Of a stretch of DNA of 64,000 bases, positions 62,910 to 64,000 are shown piece after piece. The position numbers were made by a program, and so were the translations under genes. The stretch's first letter is position 1; every line of letters begins with the position of its first letter. Below the pieces are notes generated by a model. That model ran no database searches and was not told the DNA's origin. It worked only from the letters and a program-made list of their open reading frames with translations. The DNA is from a virus (lineage: Duplodnaviria > Caudoviricetes), in the IMG/VR virus record IMGVR_UViG_3300006092_000137, positions 3,951 through 67,950 of that record; one strand, 5' to 3'.

Positions 62910-63172
62910 GTCAGCCCAGCAAGCTTCGCTGCCTCTGCGTTGACTTCTTTGAAGTACGCCACGACACTGGACCACTGCACCCAGTGCCGCCCACCCAATT
63001 GCGTACCGTGGATCTTCTTCTCGTTCATCCACTTGTACAACGCTTGGTTGGTGTACCCGAGCTTTTCAGCAGCCTCGTGCAGTGGCACATAACCCTTTGA
63101 GCGCAGCTCCGCTTTGATACCTGTTTCGGGGATAGGTATGTCTTCCTTTGATTTCGTTCGTTCCTTACTCAT
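62906..63172 (-). CDS. excisionase-like HTH DNA-binding protein
   Basis: YVPLHEAAEKLGYTNQALYKWMNEKKIHG. Confidence 0.8.
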   Translation of the reverse strand: MSKERTKSKEDIPIPETGIKAELRSKGYVPLHEAAEKLGYTNQALYKWMNEKKIHGTQLGGRHWVQWSSVVAYFKEVNAEAAKLAGLT

Positions 63173-63822
63173 GCGGCTTTCTCCTTTTCCTCGCCCAGGA
63201 TCTTCAACAGCCCAAGGCTCATGTCCTTCGTTTTGCCCCCAGCGCGCTTGAGAGCGCGCCGAACCTTTTTCAGGTCTTCGCGGTTGTCGAATTCCAGCTT
63301 CAATTCGAATAACTTTGCTGCTGCGTCTTCTACGTCGTCTGCGTCGTAGTCGCTGGTCGAGGGCATTTCGATTGCCGACGTCATTGCTACGTCAACGTTC
63401 TGCGTCACGGCTTTCAGGAGGTCAGCCACTTCACTTTCTTCGTACCCCGTGAGCACGAGCTCTTTTGTGGACCACCCTGCGTCGTGCAGCTCTTTGAAGG
63501 CGCGCCCCACGCCAGTGATGTCGAGCTCGCCGCGCAATTTGTTCATCGCGATGCGCAGCAAGATCTCTTCGTGGGGCCCCTTGTCAGACACGACGCAGGG
63601 AATGCTGTCCATGCCAAGTTCTTTGGCAGCTCGGACACGATGATGCCCATCGATGATGCGGAAGACCGTACCATCAATGGGACGAACCAGAATCGGCTGG
63701 AGGAACCCTTGCTGTTTGATCAACGCCACCAGTGCTTCGTAGGCGTCATCGGTCATGCTGTTTGGGTTGTCGGGTGATTCTTCCAGCAACTTCGTGGCGA
63801 TGTTCTGGCTCGTGACAAGCAT
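63169..63822 (-). CDS. ParB/Srx N-terminal domain protein
   Basis: PDNPN...GFLQPILVRP...IIDGHHRVRAAKELGMDSIPC. Confidence 0.9.
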   Translation of the reverse strand: MLVTSQNIATKLLEESPDNPNSMTDDAYEALVALIKQQGFLQPILVRPIDGTVFRIIDGHHRVRAAKELGMDSIPCVVSDKGPHEEILLRIAMNKLRGELDITGVGRAFKELHDAGWSTKELVLTGYEESEVADLLKAVTQNVDVAMTSAIEMPSTSDYDADDVEDAAAKLFELKLEFDNREDLKKVRRALKRAGGKTKDMSLGLLKILGEEKEKAA

Positions 63823-63843
63823 CTGTGTGTCCTTTCACTTCGG

Positions 63844-64000
63844 TTAGGGGCGGGTCTCTTGAAAGAGCGCCCGGAGCTTTTTGGAGCGTGACGCCTTTCG
63901 ATGCAAGTCGTGGTAGGCGTAGTAGACCTTCTTTACCGGCATCTTTGTTTCGGCCACGATCTCGGCGGGGCTGCGTTCACGCAGTACCAATTCCACTCCC
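63844..64000 (-). CDS. partial sigma70-region-4-like HTH protein (runs off window)
   Basis: manual translation GVELVLRERSPAEIVAETKMPVKKVYYAYHDLHRKASRSKKLRALFQETRP*. Confidence 0.5.
   Translation of the reverse strand, partial: GVELVLRERSPAEIVAETKMPVKKVYYAYHDLHRKASRSKKLRALFQETRP

Overview
This 64 kb window is most of a GC-rich, contractile-tailed dsDNA phage genome. The host is probably a myxobacterium; that is inferred from a Myxococcus-like peptide deformylase, D-[AGS]-G linker repeats in exported proteins and a stand-alone receiver domain. Layout: terS-terL (0.8-3.3 kb); about 50 small accessory ORFs (3.3-22 kb); HU and def; portal, head morphogenesis, capsid, neck, sheath/tube, tape measure, baseplate and fibres (23-59.8 kb); endolysin, tRNA-Met(CAT), putative holin and spanins (59.8-62 kb); then a convergent minus-strand block (Holliday-junction resolvase, HTH, ParB-like protein, truncated sigma-region-4-like ORF). 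No polymerase, helicase, integrase, CRISPR or rRNA was recognised in the window. The strongest unexplained signals are five. (1) A bipartite motif GGAAA-N14-GGGCAA(G/T) occurs nine times, each 8-10 nt before a start codon; it looks like a phage-specific ECF-sigma regulon. (2) A peptide tag [DE]-A-A-x-R-L-x-G is shared by about 20 otherwise dissimilar small proteins and the portal, and is conserved only at protein level. (3) Three tandem proteins end in a GxRGGRYYxSxxGQKVY module. (4) Four tandem peptides end in PxPF. (5) Switch-like RNA structures sequester the ribosome-binding sites of the capsid and tail-tube genes. All functional calls come from motif recognition by eye; no database searches were run.
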